Assembly (NCBI GenBank): GCA_048938445.1
Contig: JBHLME010000067.1
Span: forward strand, 1 to 23,739
Reading direction: 5' to 3'
Source of the DNA: Promethearchaeota archaeon
Lineage (GTDB): Archaea > Asgardarchaeota > Lokiarchaeia > Sigyniarchaeales > SOKP01
DNA: 23,739 nucleotides
In this document: positions 8,705-18,085 of the stretch, in pieces
Position numbering within the stretch: the stretch's first letter is position 1
Layout: the number at the start of each line of letters is the position of its first letter
Notes under the pieces: generated by a model
Databases searched by the model: none
Told to the model about the DNA's origin: nothing
What the model saw: the letters and a program-made list of their open reading frames with translations, nothing else
Position numbers and translations under genes: made by a program

Positions 8705-9802
8705 TTTTACTCAATTTATTATTATTTTCCTAATAAAATTAAATGAGAATGGATATTAATTTCTTTGAGAGTCCAATTTTTATATGAAAATCCTTTTAAT
8801 CCAATTTTAAAAACGATGAAAAATTGAGTTAGATTGTTATATTTTAATTTTAAAATGAATTTGAAGATGTTTAAATTAATATTAATATTAGATTTTGACT
8901 TATTAGTAGTTTAAAACTAATCATCTACATTATTACTTCAAAGGTAATAAATCATAAATATAATGGAAGAATTTTAGTTTTAGGAAGTGTATCATTGAAA
9001 TATAACTCATAAGGTGTTTTATTAAGAAATGATTCTTTTGTAACTTAAGTAATAAAATTATGAGAAAGATTACATTCAATTAATTTTCTATATTTTCTTT
9101 TAAATAAATCAATTAGAAAAAAGTATTCAACTATATTTATCAATAGGATATTAGATATCCGTGCTATATCCTTGATTTTATATAAAAAAAAATTGTTTTA
9201 TTTTAAATTTTATTATTTTTTTGTTCTTTTCATTTATATTATATTTGTATGTATGAATAAAGATTAATTATAGTAATATATGATAAATATAATCCCTTAA
9301 TTTAGTTTTACTTTGATTTACTGTTATAATATTTATTTATTTATGAATATGATTATAATTATAGTCAATTTATCTAGATCCCAAAAAGGAGAAAAATTTT
9401 TATCATAATTAAGATTAATAAAGATGATAAGGTCAAGTTATTTGTTATTTAAGCAAATAATACATCTTGATTATATATTTTCATTATTATTTTAATTCAA
9501 TTCTCCGCTATTTTCTCAAGCTTCTTAAAGATTCATTTTATCAGATAGATTTTAGATTTTTTTGATTTTCCTTTTTTTCTTATGAAAAAAATGAAGAGAA
9601 TTTAATAAATTAAAAATTAAGATAGGAAGCATTCAAACTTAAATATTTACTTTTAGATCGAGGAGAAGCTTTGTTTAAATTAAGATTAAGGAAATTTGAT
9701 ATAGAATTTTTACGAATCTGGTTGGGATATCTTGCATATTTATTCAAATAATTAATTATACTAAAGAATATGTTTTTATACGATATAACAGATATTTATA
9801 TT

Positions 9803-9862
9803 TTTGTAATAATTTGTATACAAAGAATTCATAGGTTACTTTTTACAATATATTATTACAAA
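9803..9862. promoter_or_regulatory. Inverted-repeat/palindrome cluster upstream of ArsR-like regulator
   Basis: TTTGTAATAAT (9803-9813) and ATTATTACAAA (9852-9862) form a perfect 11-bp inverted repeat; TTTGTATACAAA (9813-9824) is a perfect palindrome. Confidence 0.45.
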
Positions 9863-10041
9863 CGAATCAATTTTCGAAAGAAAATTAAATTTAAAAACTT
9901 AAGTAAACTTATTTAAAATGAAGGAGTAAGAGAAAAAATAGATGGATTTTATAGATCATCAAGATTTTTGAATTTTTTTCTAATTTCATTAACATATTTT
10001 TAAATAGAGGTAAAAAATAGCAATAGGTTGAAAAAAAAAAA

Positions 10042-10374
10042 ATGGAAATAACTGAGAACCCCCATTTATTAGAATTGGAACTTTTAAATGAAAAAAAGGA
10101 AGTTATTGAAATAATTGATGATGATAAAGAAATTGAGGATATTGTTAAAGCACTTTCAAGCAAGACGCGTCGAAATATTCTTCAATATATTCGGGACGGT
10201 CCAAAAGATGTATCTAATATTGCCAGTAATCTTAATATGACCGAGGCGAATATTAGCGCTCAAATAAAAAAGTTACAGGATGCGCAACTTATTACTTGTG
10301 ATTATAGTTCAGGTCTTCATGGTGTAAGAAAAATCAGTAAGTTAAAAGCAAACCAGATTCTAATCCGCTTTTAA
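10042..10374 (+). CDS. ArsR/SmtB-like winged HTH transcriptional regulator
   Basis: KALSSKTRRNILQYI..GPKDVSNIASNLNMTEANISAQIKKLQDAQLI...GVRKI. Confidence 0.9.
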   Translation: MEITENPHLLELELLNEKKEVIEIIDDDKEIEDIVKALSSKTRRNILQYIRDGPKDVSNIASNLNMTEANISAQIKKLQDAQLITCDYSSGLHGVRKISKLKANQILIRF

Positions 10375-10418
10375 TAATTTTGATTTTTTTTTATTTAATA
10401 ATTAAGTAAGTTGATTAC

Positions 10419-11561
10419 TCATTTTTTGAAATATCTAATGAGGGTATTCTTTAAGTTTTCAAAATGTCCTAAATGAGTGTTTTCAAGGTCTTCGAGGATT
10501 TCAATGAGGCCTGCTTTTTGGATTCGTTTAGTGATCTTAAAATAGGGGGTATCTTTCATTTTTTTAAATAACATATTATGTTCATCCCCATTTTCAAGAA
10601 GAAAATCAATTGAGTTTATTAGATTCACACCTAACATTCCTTGAGTTATTTCCAAGAGCATTGTATCAAATGTGATTCTATATATGATTTCTTTATCAAA
10701 ATCAGTCTTTTTTTCAAAAAGATATTCTTTTTGAATTTTGATAGCTTTTTGAAAGATTTCAATCGCTTCATTACTAATTTCTTTAATTCTATCATTAAAC
10801 TCACGATTTTCAGAAGCCCTTAAACATAATGCTGCTACAGTAAGATATTCGGCTATAAAGTGAGAAAATCTGGCTTTAGCATTGAGCATTGTATCCTTTG
10901 ATTCATCAGAATCCAATAACGAGTCCAAACTCCCAAGAGCTTCCTTGAAATAATTTGAAATATCTATAAACTTATTTGCTGCTGCTTCATATTCTTTCAT
11001 TTCAAGTAATTGATTTCCTCTCTTCTCCTCCATTTCGTATAGTTCGTCAAATTTATTGATTTTCATTATAGCTTTTAATATCAATCTCTTTCCTTGTGTC
11101 TTTTTAATTGGAGATCTTTCTAATGCTTGACCTGCTTTTAAAAGAAAGAATGAAGATAAATTGGAATATTCTTCAGGATCAGTTTCAAGTAAATATTCTG
11201 AGGCTTTCTTATAACTTTCCCCGGCAGTTTCCCAATCATTCATTTTAAAAGAAATATTACCTAGTTGAATTAATAAATTAGCAGAGATCTCATATAATTT
11301 TAATTCTTCTGTCTTTCGAATAATCGACTCTAATCGATAAATTGCCTGGAGATTATTTTTAAATTGTGAAATTTTTTTTGAGATCCTAATATAAATCTCG
11401 GCTAATTTAATATAACTTCCAATATCTAGGTAAATTTGAGCTGCTTGTTCGTATAAATTTATTGCTTTATCACCTTTTCCTCTGTCCGCAAAATTTTCTG
11501 CTTGATCAATTAGTTTCATTGCTTCTATTTCTTGTTCTTCCCTTTCAGGACCATTATACGT
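10419..11561 (-). CDS. TPR/alpha-solenoid protein, alpha-SNAP(Sec17)-like; probable ACG start at 11561 (track ATG 11519)
   Basis: Repeats AINLYEQAAQIY, AGESYKKASEY, AAANKFIDISNYF. AAGGTGA SD lies 6 nt before an in-frame ACG. Confidence 0.7.
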   Translation of the reverse strand, partial: TYNGPEREEQEIEAMKLIDQAENFADRGKGDKAINLYEQAAQIYLDIGSYIKLAEIYIRISKKISQFKNNLQAIYRLESIIRKTEELKLYEISANLLIQLGNISFKMNDWETAGESYKKASEYLLETDPEEYSNLSSFFLLKAGQALERSPIKKTQGKRLILKAIMKINKFDELYEMEEKRGNQLLEMKEYEAAANKFIDISNYFKEALGSLDSLLDSDESKDTMLNAKARFSHFIAEYLTVAALCLRASENREFNDRIKEISNEAIEIFQKAIKIQKEYLFEKKTDFDKEIIYRITFDTMLLEITQGMLGVNLINSIDFLLENGDEHNMLFKKMKDTPYFKITKRIQKAGLIEILEDLENTHLGHFENLKNTLIRYFKK

Positions 11562-11659
11562 TTTTTTTCACCTTATTCATTTTTTTAATAGTCAAATTAG
11601 TTTAAGAATACCTATTAATCCATAATTGAATAACAACTATAAAACAATTTATTTCTTTA

Positions 11660-12541
11660 CTATTTATCAAAAATTTTAATGTTTTTTTGTTTAAGTATAT
11701 TTTTGAATTCTTGAGTTTGAAATGCTGCAGAGAAACATTCCTTAGCATCTTCAATTGCACCATAAAAGATAAAATTGGAAAACCAAGTTGCAGCAAACAT
11801 TATGTTTGCTCTTCTATACTTCGTATGAAATTTATGATTTGCTCGAGGAGAGGAGTATTTAAATAGAAATAGATTTGGAGCTGTTCCAACAGGTAAATGT
11901 AAAGACGCGCTAATCATTCTTTGAGTTTCTAGAATATGTGCAAGACTTTCTAAATTAATCACACCACCATCAATCCATATTTTTTCGACACCTAATTGCT
12001 TTAATCCATCAATTAAATTAGTATTGTTAGGTCCTGTCTTATTCGTGATATATCCATATCTCTGTGTAGAACTCATGTTCTGTGATGCTAACATTAAGAT
12101 GACAACAGATAAAATCTTTGATTTCTTAATCATTTCGATTTCATTTTTATTTTTTAGATTTGAAATTGCATTATATATATATTCATCGGGTTTCACCCCC
12201 CTCTCTTCAAGATATTGAATTCCTGCAATTCTAGCGTCTAATGTCCCCCCTAATATAAAAGGAGGTTCGAAATTATCTAAATAAAATTTAAGATATTCTA
12301 TCATTGATTCAGGCGTGTTTCCGGATATTTCTACCATTTCAGGGATTTTATATTTTTCACCTAGTGTTTTCTGACTCTCAATTCTCTTTTTAGCTTTATC
12401 TTTATTAAATATTTTCTCATCTGTTCGTTCTATAAAAGATTGCCCTTGATAAAATATGGTACCTATAAGTATTGGAGGTAATTCAAAGCTTCCACGTTCC
12501 AATTTAATATTTCCATACATGTAAGGTGGAATTTTAGACAT
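11660..12541 (-). CDS. mtrH: Divergent tetrahydromethanopterin S-methyltransferase subunit H (MtrH)-like protein
   Basis: PPILIGTIFY, FNKDKA, PESMIEYLKF, ARIAG, IYNA, NFIFYGAIEDA align with the MtrH family. Confidence 0.8.
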   Translation of the reverse strand: MSKIPPYMYGNIKLERGSFELPPILIGTIFYQGQSFIERTDEKIFNKDKAKKRIESQKTLGEKYKIPEMVEISGNTPESMIEYLKFYLDNFEPPFILGGTLDARIAGIQYLEERGVKPDEYIYNAISNLKNKNEIEMIKKSKILSVVILMLASQNMSSTQRYGYITNKTGPNNTNLIDGLKQLGVEKIWIDGGVINLESLAHILETQRMISASLHLPVGTAPNLFLFKYSSPRANHKFHTKYRRANIMFAATWFSNFIFYGAIEDAKECFSAAFQTQEFKNILKQKNIKIFDK

Positions 12542-12582
12542 TTTAATTCTATTTATTGGTTATTTTATTAATTTATAATCCT

Positions 12583-13779
12583 TTAAATAAGATCTAATTT
12601 TCCACCACAATTCTTACATTGATTATTTGTTAATTTTGAAAAGCATTCTTTATGATAGAGAGTACCGCAATCTAAATTACCACATTCGACTACATCTTGT
12701 CCAGGATCAAAAATGTAATTGCATATAATACAAGACTTATAAAGTGCTTCCTCTCCTAAAATGGATATATTAACAATGGTTGCTTCATATGTGCCTGGTT
12801 CTTTAGGTGAATCTCTTCTTTGAGATAACACGCTTAAAGAATGCAATTTTCTCATTTGTGCAACCTCTGATGGAATTCTTAATAAATAAAAGCAATGAGG
12901 ACATCTGCATGTTTCAGATTTTTTTGCATCAAATTCACTTTGAGAAGCAGCCCATCCTGCCAAACAATGGATATGGAATGGTGTTTGACAATTTGGGCAG
13001 TATCGTCCTGTTAGGAAAAAAGAACCCTTGCTATTTGGATCTGTTTCTGAGAAACATATAGAGCATTTCTTATAATCTGCTTCTCCTCTTAGTTGTTTTA
13101 TCCTTTGTTCTTGATCTTCAGTCAAATCTTGTACACTTAATGGATCTGCTGCAATTTTTCTAAGAAAACTTGGATTTTGAATTTGGAGTTTTGAATCTTG
13201 ATTATAAGATTTGATATTTTCTGCTGCGAAACTGCTTGCTGCATCCAGTAAAGAATCGGGTGAATTAGTATAATGACTTCTTCCTCCCGAAGTTTCACTA
13301 ATATTTTTTAAAACATTAATCGATCCAGAATCTCCTAAACGAAAGGTATCAATTTTTATATTCAATCCTTTCGCCAATTTGGCCATTTTTATAGGATCTG
13401 TATTAGATTGCGTGTAATTTCCATCAGAGACTAATAATATTTTTGGAATTTTCGCACCTATTTTTCTCAATTCTCCTATTGCAACCTTTATTGATGTAGC
13501 TATAGCATCTCCAATTGGAGATCTCCCACTTATCGTGAGGGAATCTAATGTAGAATGAAGATCATGCACTATATTTGTAAAATCTAATATCTTAGTGGGT
13601 TTATCTAAAAAAGTAACAATTGCAAATGAACTGCTCGGATCGCTTTCAAGTCTCAATTCAACCAATTTTTTTAAAGCATTTATGCAAGATTTTAATCGAT
13701 CAGGTTTAAAGTCTGTTCTATGCATGGACCTTGAGGTATCAATGCAAATCACTACATTTTCTGGTATTTTTTGTGCCAC
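12583..13779 (-). CDS. vWA domain (Ssl1/Rpn10-type) + two RING-like zinc fingers; putative ubiquitin E3 ligase
   Basis: MIDAS DTSRS, TDFKPDRL, LVSDG. Finger 1 CSIC..CPNC..HIHCLAGW..CPHC; finger 2 CIIC..CGNLDC..HKEC..CKNC. GTG start. Confidence 0.82.
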   Translation of the reverse strand: MAQKIPENVVICIDTSRSMHRTDFKPDRLKSCINALKKLVELRLESDPSSSFAIVTFLDKPTKILDFTNIVHDLHSTLDSLTISGRSPIGDAIATSIKVAIGELRKIGAKIPKILLVSDGNYTQSNTDPIKMAKLAKGLNIKIDTFRLGDSGSINVLKNISETSGGRSHYTNSPDSLLDAASSFAAENIKSYNQDSKLQIQNPSFLRKIAADPLSVQDLTEDQEQRIKQLRGEADYKKCSICFSETDPNSKGSFFLTGRYCPNCQTPFHIHCLAGWAASQSEFDAKKSETCRCPHCFYLLRIPSEVAQMRKLHSLSVLSQRRDSPKEPGTYEATIVNISILGEEALYKSCIICNYIFDPGQDVVECGNLDCGTLYHKECFSKLTNNQCKNCGGKLDLI

Positions 13780-13999
13780 TTTTTTCTAACCCTAAATTTA
13801 CTTTTCCTATAAAATAAGTGTAATTGAGTCTATTATGTTCTATATATAACTTGTTGTTAATAATTCTTTGTTTTACATTAACATTAAAAAACATGTGTTT
13901 TTACTATTACAATATTATATGATAATTTTAAATAACATAACTTTTTTATCTAAGAACAAGAATATTATAAATATTAAAATTTAAAAGAGCTTTAATAAA

Positions 14000-15208
14000 A
14001 TGTCCGATGATGAGAGTTTAGCAAAAATTAAAGATTTTTTTAAAAGTTCTGTAGTCATACCAGAGGAATTATCAGCAATTATGAACTTAAAACCTGAATC
14101 CTTAATTGGTGTAGATTCAATCAATTCAGAAAAACTAGTAGAGAAAAATTTAAGAACCATTGGAGATTTAGCAAGTTTAAATCCCGAAGATCCACCAGAG
14201 ATTGCTGGCTTGTCCTTACAAGTTTTTATTAAATGGATAAAAATTGCTAAAGTTTTAGAGAAAGTAATAAAGGAACAGATCAAGGAACAAAAAAAGCTCT
14301 TATTAATTGGATTGGATAATGGTGGTAAAACTTCAATTTTAGCAGTAATACAAGATAAGTTTTCAATAATTAAATCACTTCTACCAACTAAAGGAGTACA
14401 GAGAGAAAAGTTAGATTTTTTTGGATTCCCAATAATATCATGGGATCTAGGCGGTCAAGTACAATATAGAGATAAATATTATTTTGTAAAACCTGAAGTT
14501 TTCTTTACTGAGGTTGATTTAATCTTATATGTTGTTGATACGCAAGATCCTGCTCGATTTAATGAAGCAGCAGATTATTTCAGGCAAACCTTAGGTGTAT
14601 TAAAAGATCTCGAAGAACATCCACCACTTTTAGCAGTTCTGAATAAAAGTGACCCCGATATACGAAAAACCTTACAATGGCAGAAAAATAAAACAGAAAT
14701 AGTAAATAAATTAGATCTCGTGGCAAAAGAATTCGGTGGAATTTCAGTTGATTATTGTGATACTACTATCTTCCAAAAAGAATCAATAATGCAAATGTTC
14801 AGCATCGCATTAAAGAAGATATCAGAAACATCTGAAATAGTAGAAAACATACTCGAGGATTTTACTAAAACAATTGAAGCAAAAGCAGCCAGCTTGATAT
14901 CCATGGACGGATTAATTTTTGGAAGTTATACTAAAACGAGTATTGATGAAATGCTTGTAAATAATACGGCTCTATTAATGCAAGCGCTTTCAAATTTTCA
15001 TAGCTCAATTGGACTCATCCGAGAAAAGACTCTCTCTCTTGATTTCCCATTAAATGGCTTTACTATTCGAGGAGAAAAACTTTTTGAATATTCAGAGCTA
15101 CAAATTCCCGTATTCTTGTGGATACTCTCTGAAAATCCAGAGCTAGTTTACGAGAAAGTTGATTATTTTAAGGAACAATTATTACCTCTAATAAACATGT
15201 TCCTATAA
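14000..15208 (+). CDS. Small GTPase (Arf/Rag-like) with N-terminal HhH-like domain and C-terminal roadblock/LC7-like domain
   Basis: G1 GLDNGGKTS, G2 PT, G3 WDLGGQ, G4 NKSD. N-terminal LIGV..EKL..RTIGDLA..IAGLS resembles the HHH_5/RadA N-domain. C-terminal AASLISMDGLIFGS is roadblock-like. Confidence 0.88.
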   Translation: MSDDESLAKIKDFFKSSVVIPEELSAIMNLKPESLIGVDSINSEKLVEKNLRTIGDLASLNPEDPPEIAGLSLQVFIKWIKIAKVLEKVIKEQIKEQKKLLLIGLDNGGKTSILAVIQDKFSIIKSLLPTKGVQREKLDFFGFPIISWDLGGQVQYRDKYYFVKPEVFFTEVDLILYVVDTQDPARFNEAADYFRQTLGVLKDLEEHPPLLAVLNKSDPDIRKTLQWQKNKTEIVNKLDLVAKEFGGISVDYCDTTIFQKESIMQMFSIALKKISETSEIVENILEDFTKTIEAKAASLISMDGLIFGSYTKTSIDEMLVNNTALLMQALSNFHSSIGLIREKTLSLDFPLNGFTIRGEKLFEYSELQIPVFLWILSENPELVYEKVDYFKEQLLPLINMFL

Positions 15209-15245
15209 TCCTTTATTTATTAGTAATTTAATTAAAAATTATAGC

Positions 15246-15458
15246 TTATTTTAGATCTTCATGAGCTTTTAATAAATATTTAGTACTTTCATCCATTAAT
15301 TCAATTGCTTTACTCAATTTATCAACCACTGTATCTAAACCATAGTTTTGTGCAATATCTCGCCATTTTAAATAAGAATCTTTATGGGAATCATTATGTT
15401 TTGCCCAGTGTTCTAACAATTTTTGTAATTTTAATATATCTTTGGTTTTTTTTTCCAT
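15246..15458 (-). CDS. cooJ: CooJ-family nickel chaperone for CO dehydrogenase
   Basis: HWAKHNDSH matches the H(W/F)x2Hx3H CooJ signature in a helical hairpin; directly downstream of cdhA on the same strand. Confidence 0.75.
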   Translation of the reverse strand: MEKKTKDILKLQKLLEHWAKHNDSHKDSYLKWRDIAQNYGLDTVVDKLSKAIELMDESTKYLLKAHEDLK

Positions 15459-15585
15459 TTATTCTCACATAAAATAATTAACTCATATTAGAATTAGAAT
15501 TTTAGAGAATAATATAATTTTATGATTAAAATAGAATAATTTCAAATATTAAGTAATAGAAAAAAAGAAAAATTAAATTTATTAT

Positions 15586-17934
15586 TTATGTTCGGCACAT
15601 TCTTTCAAGCAAGGTAGGATCAATAATTTCTTTTGGTTTCCAACCTTTTTCCTTCAAGTAAGCTATAATTTCATCCTTTAAATTAATTGGGATGTCCGCG
15701 TCTACCCGGATAAATTTCTCTAAATCATTTGGGAACTTAACACCTTTATATTTTCTTTCCAAGTCGATCCAATGAGAAAGTTTTATCATCCTTCCCTTTG
15801 AGTTATCTGCGGGTCTTAAAGCTAATTTTGCAACAAGACATATTGCTTGCTCAATGGATTCAGCAGTAGTTAATAAATGTTCAGGACCGGGGCCAATTAA
15901 ATGACCTTCCGAACCATCCCTGGCATTATAGACCTTCCAATTATCTACGTCATAAGTCTTACCAAGATATAAACGTCTATATTCAGCAGCATGAGGTCCG
16001 ACTACAGCAGGAACACCTAACCCATTAGCCATGCTTGCTATACTCGCAGCTTTTTGTGACATAGCACCCCATGCAACTCCAACAGCTCCAACACGGTTTA
16101 ATATATAATCCGCTATTTCTTCGAAATTACCTCTGAGAGGACGTCTTGCAAAAATATTTGCTACTTTAATTGCAGCTCCAGTAATGTGAGGATTTGCTAC
16201 ACATGATCCAACATTTACTAAACAACCCCTATCAAAATCACCAGGAAATCTATCATAAAGAGTCTTACCTTCTTCATCTTTAATAAGACCAATATCCATA
16301 GCACCACAGCCAGAAACCACAACAATGTAATTTCTTGTTAAGAACTCCTCAGCCATTTTGTAAAGCTCTTGAATTTCATGAGCATAGTTTGCGCATCCAA
16401 TTATAGCAATGATTCCGGGAATCTCTCCTAATACGATTGGTGCTCCAACATTTCGAATCTCTGTATCTTGAATAGGTCCTCTTCCAGCTCTACAATTGTA
16501 TTTCTCATTTCTAATTCTTTCCCTTCCAGCGTGCATTATTAACGTTAAAGGAGAGACCCCCTTCATGCAGTCTCCTTCGCAACGTCCACATCCTAAACAT
16601 GTATCAAAACAATCTCCTAAAACTGAAAAATTGCCGTCTTTAGCAAGTTTTACTCCTTCTACGAGAGGAAGATCGTTAGGACAATTTCTTTGACAATTAC
16701 CACATCCATTACAATTCATTGCCATATCAATACAACCTTTCTCATCTGGAACCGCACTCTTACCTGCTCTAATTGGTTTCACTTTAATTGCGGTTTCTGC
16801 GGCAACAGTTCCTGCTTTAATCGGATCAAGGATTAGCACACCAGGAGTTTTACCACTCACTAAATCTCTAACAATATCATCAACAGGATCAGCCGTCCTA
16901 TCAGGAAGGCCCCCCATTATTTTTTCATTAGTAGCTATATATGGCGCTCCAACCAACTGAGCTTGCTCATATGTACGAAGATTTACACATTGTTCATCAA
17001 CCATTACCACATCGGCTAATCCAGACCTAATAAAATGTAATTGTCGTGACATTGAACCAACAATTTTAGCACCACTATAATATCGAGTTAAATCATGGCT
17101 TGTACAGCAGATCGCCCCCACATCTAATTTATCTTCCAATCCTTTTTCTCGCATGTAGTCAACTAATTCGACTCCGGGGGCTACGTTATGTCCAATCATT
17201 AATATTGTTGCTTTCGATGTATCCATTGTTCCCATACCTAATTCTACAATAGGGACCTTAGGATCTCCAACGGGAAATCCATAAGCTGCAATTTGAACCG
17301 CATCAGAAATTTCCATACCAACGGAATCTGCTAAACCTGCTAGAAAACTTTTAGATTCGTAATCAAGATTAGAACTTTCTTGACCCGTGTGGCCTGCGGC
17401 TAATAAGTGTGTAATTGTAAAATGAACCCATTCCATTGCAGTTTCTAAATCTTCTAAAGTTTCTGGTTTCATCCCAACTACTAACCTCGTATGGGGCATT
17501 TCAACGGCAATATTATTACCAAAATTAATTGGTACATTTCCATATTTCTCTTTCAACCAATGAAGTAAGTGATCTCCATGAGCACTATGACATGCCGCAC
17601 CTATACAACAAGCAATTTCCACTATTCGCGCATTCTGTGTTTGCATATTAATTCCGCAAGCACCAGTCCTTCCCTTGGATAGATTACATTTCCCATACGT
17701 ACATAAACAACACATGTCACAGATAGGCATGTATGTTGGATTGTATCTATCCATTAATTTGAAGAACCAAGAGCGTAATGTGGGAATATGAGGTTTTGGG
17801 TGTGGTCCCATTGGTTCCCAATCGCTTTCATCTCCTTCGCTCACGATCTTGCCGGTTATAAACTCAAAACCCTTAATAGTACCAAGTGGGCCTTTATAAG
17901 AGTCAATTTTGAGTTTTGCTCCTTTTTCTGTCAT
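15586..17934 (-). CDS. cdhA: CO dehydrogenase/acetyl-CoA synthase complex alpha subunit (archaeal-type Ni-CODH)
   Basis: CDMCCLCTYGKC..GACG, ACHSAHG, GHN, ICCT, DEQC, ferredoxin motifs CNGCGNCQRNCP and CLGCGRCEGDC, GRGPIQD.EIRNVG, GSCVANPH, SQKA. Confidence 0.97.
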   Translation of the reverse strand: MTEKGAKLKIDSYKGPLGTIKGFEFITGKIVSEGDESDWEPMGPHPKPHIPTLRSWFFKLMDRYNPTYMPICDMCCLCTYGKCNLSKGRTGACGINMQTQNARIVEIACCIGAACHSAHGDHLLHWLKEKYGNVPINFGNNIAVEMPHTRLVVGMKPETLEDLETAMEWVHFTITHLLAAGHTGQESSNLDYESKSFLAGLADSVGMEISDAVQIAAYGFPVGDPKVPIVELGMGTMDTSKATILMIGHNVAPGVELVDYMREKGLEDKLDVGAICCTSHDLTRYYSGAKIVGSMSRQLHFIRSGLADVVMVDEQCVNLRTYEQAQLVGAPYIATNEKIMGGLPDRTADPVDDIVRDLVSGKTPGVLILDPIKAGTVAAETAIKVKPIRAGKSAVPDEKGCIDMAMNCNGCGNCQRNCPNDLPLVEGVKLAKDGNFSVLGDCFDTCLGCGRCEGDCMKGVSPLTLIMHAGRERIRNEKYNCRAGRGPIQDTEIRNVGAPIVLGEIPGIIAIIGCANYAHEIQELYKMAEEFLTRNYIVVVSGCGAMDIGLIKDEEGKTLYDRFPGDFDRGCLVNVGSCVANPHITGAAIKVANIFARRPLRGNFEEIADYILNRVGAVGVAWGAMSQKAASIASMANGLGVPAVVGPHAAEYRRLYLGKTYDVDNWKVYNARDGSEGHLIGPGPEHLLTTAESIEQAICLVAKLALRPADNSKGRMIKLSHWIDLERKYKGVKFPNDLEKFIRVDADIPINLKDEIIAYLKEKGWKPKEIIDPTLLERMCRT

Positions 17935-18085
17935 ATTTTTTTTATCACGTGATTTAATTTTTATAATTTTGATAATTAGATTTATATTATATCATTTTAA
18001 AGTTCTATGAATAAGACAGTTTAAAAGGTTTAAAAGTTGCTGGTTATATTGTTTAATCCTTTTGGGCAAAACGATTATAATCTAA

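Noticed and set aside
8523-8759. Shadow ORFs 8523..8759, 9909..10163, 10641..10823, 11602..11796, 12024..12218, 12807..13061, 13595..13789, 13981..14283
   Set aside because: Antisense or frame-shifted overlaps of real genes, mostly with the F/S/I-rich composition typical of reverse-complemented E/K-rich coding DNA
8705-10041. CRISPR array or canonical archaeal oriC (ORB boxes)
   Set aside because: No regularly spaced direct repeats, no G-string ORB motif and no cdc6/cas genes seen
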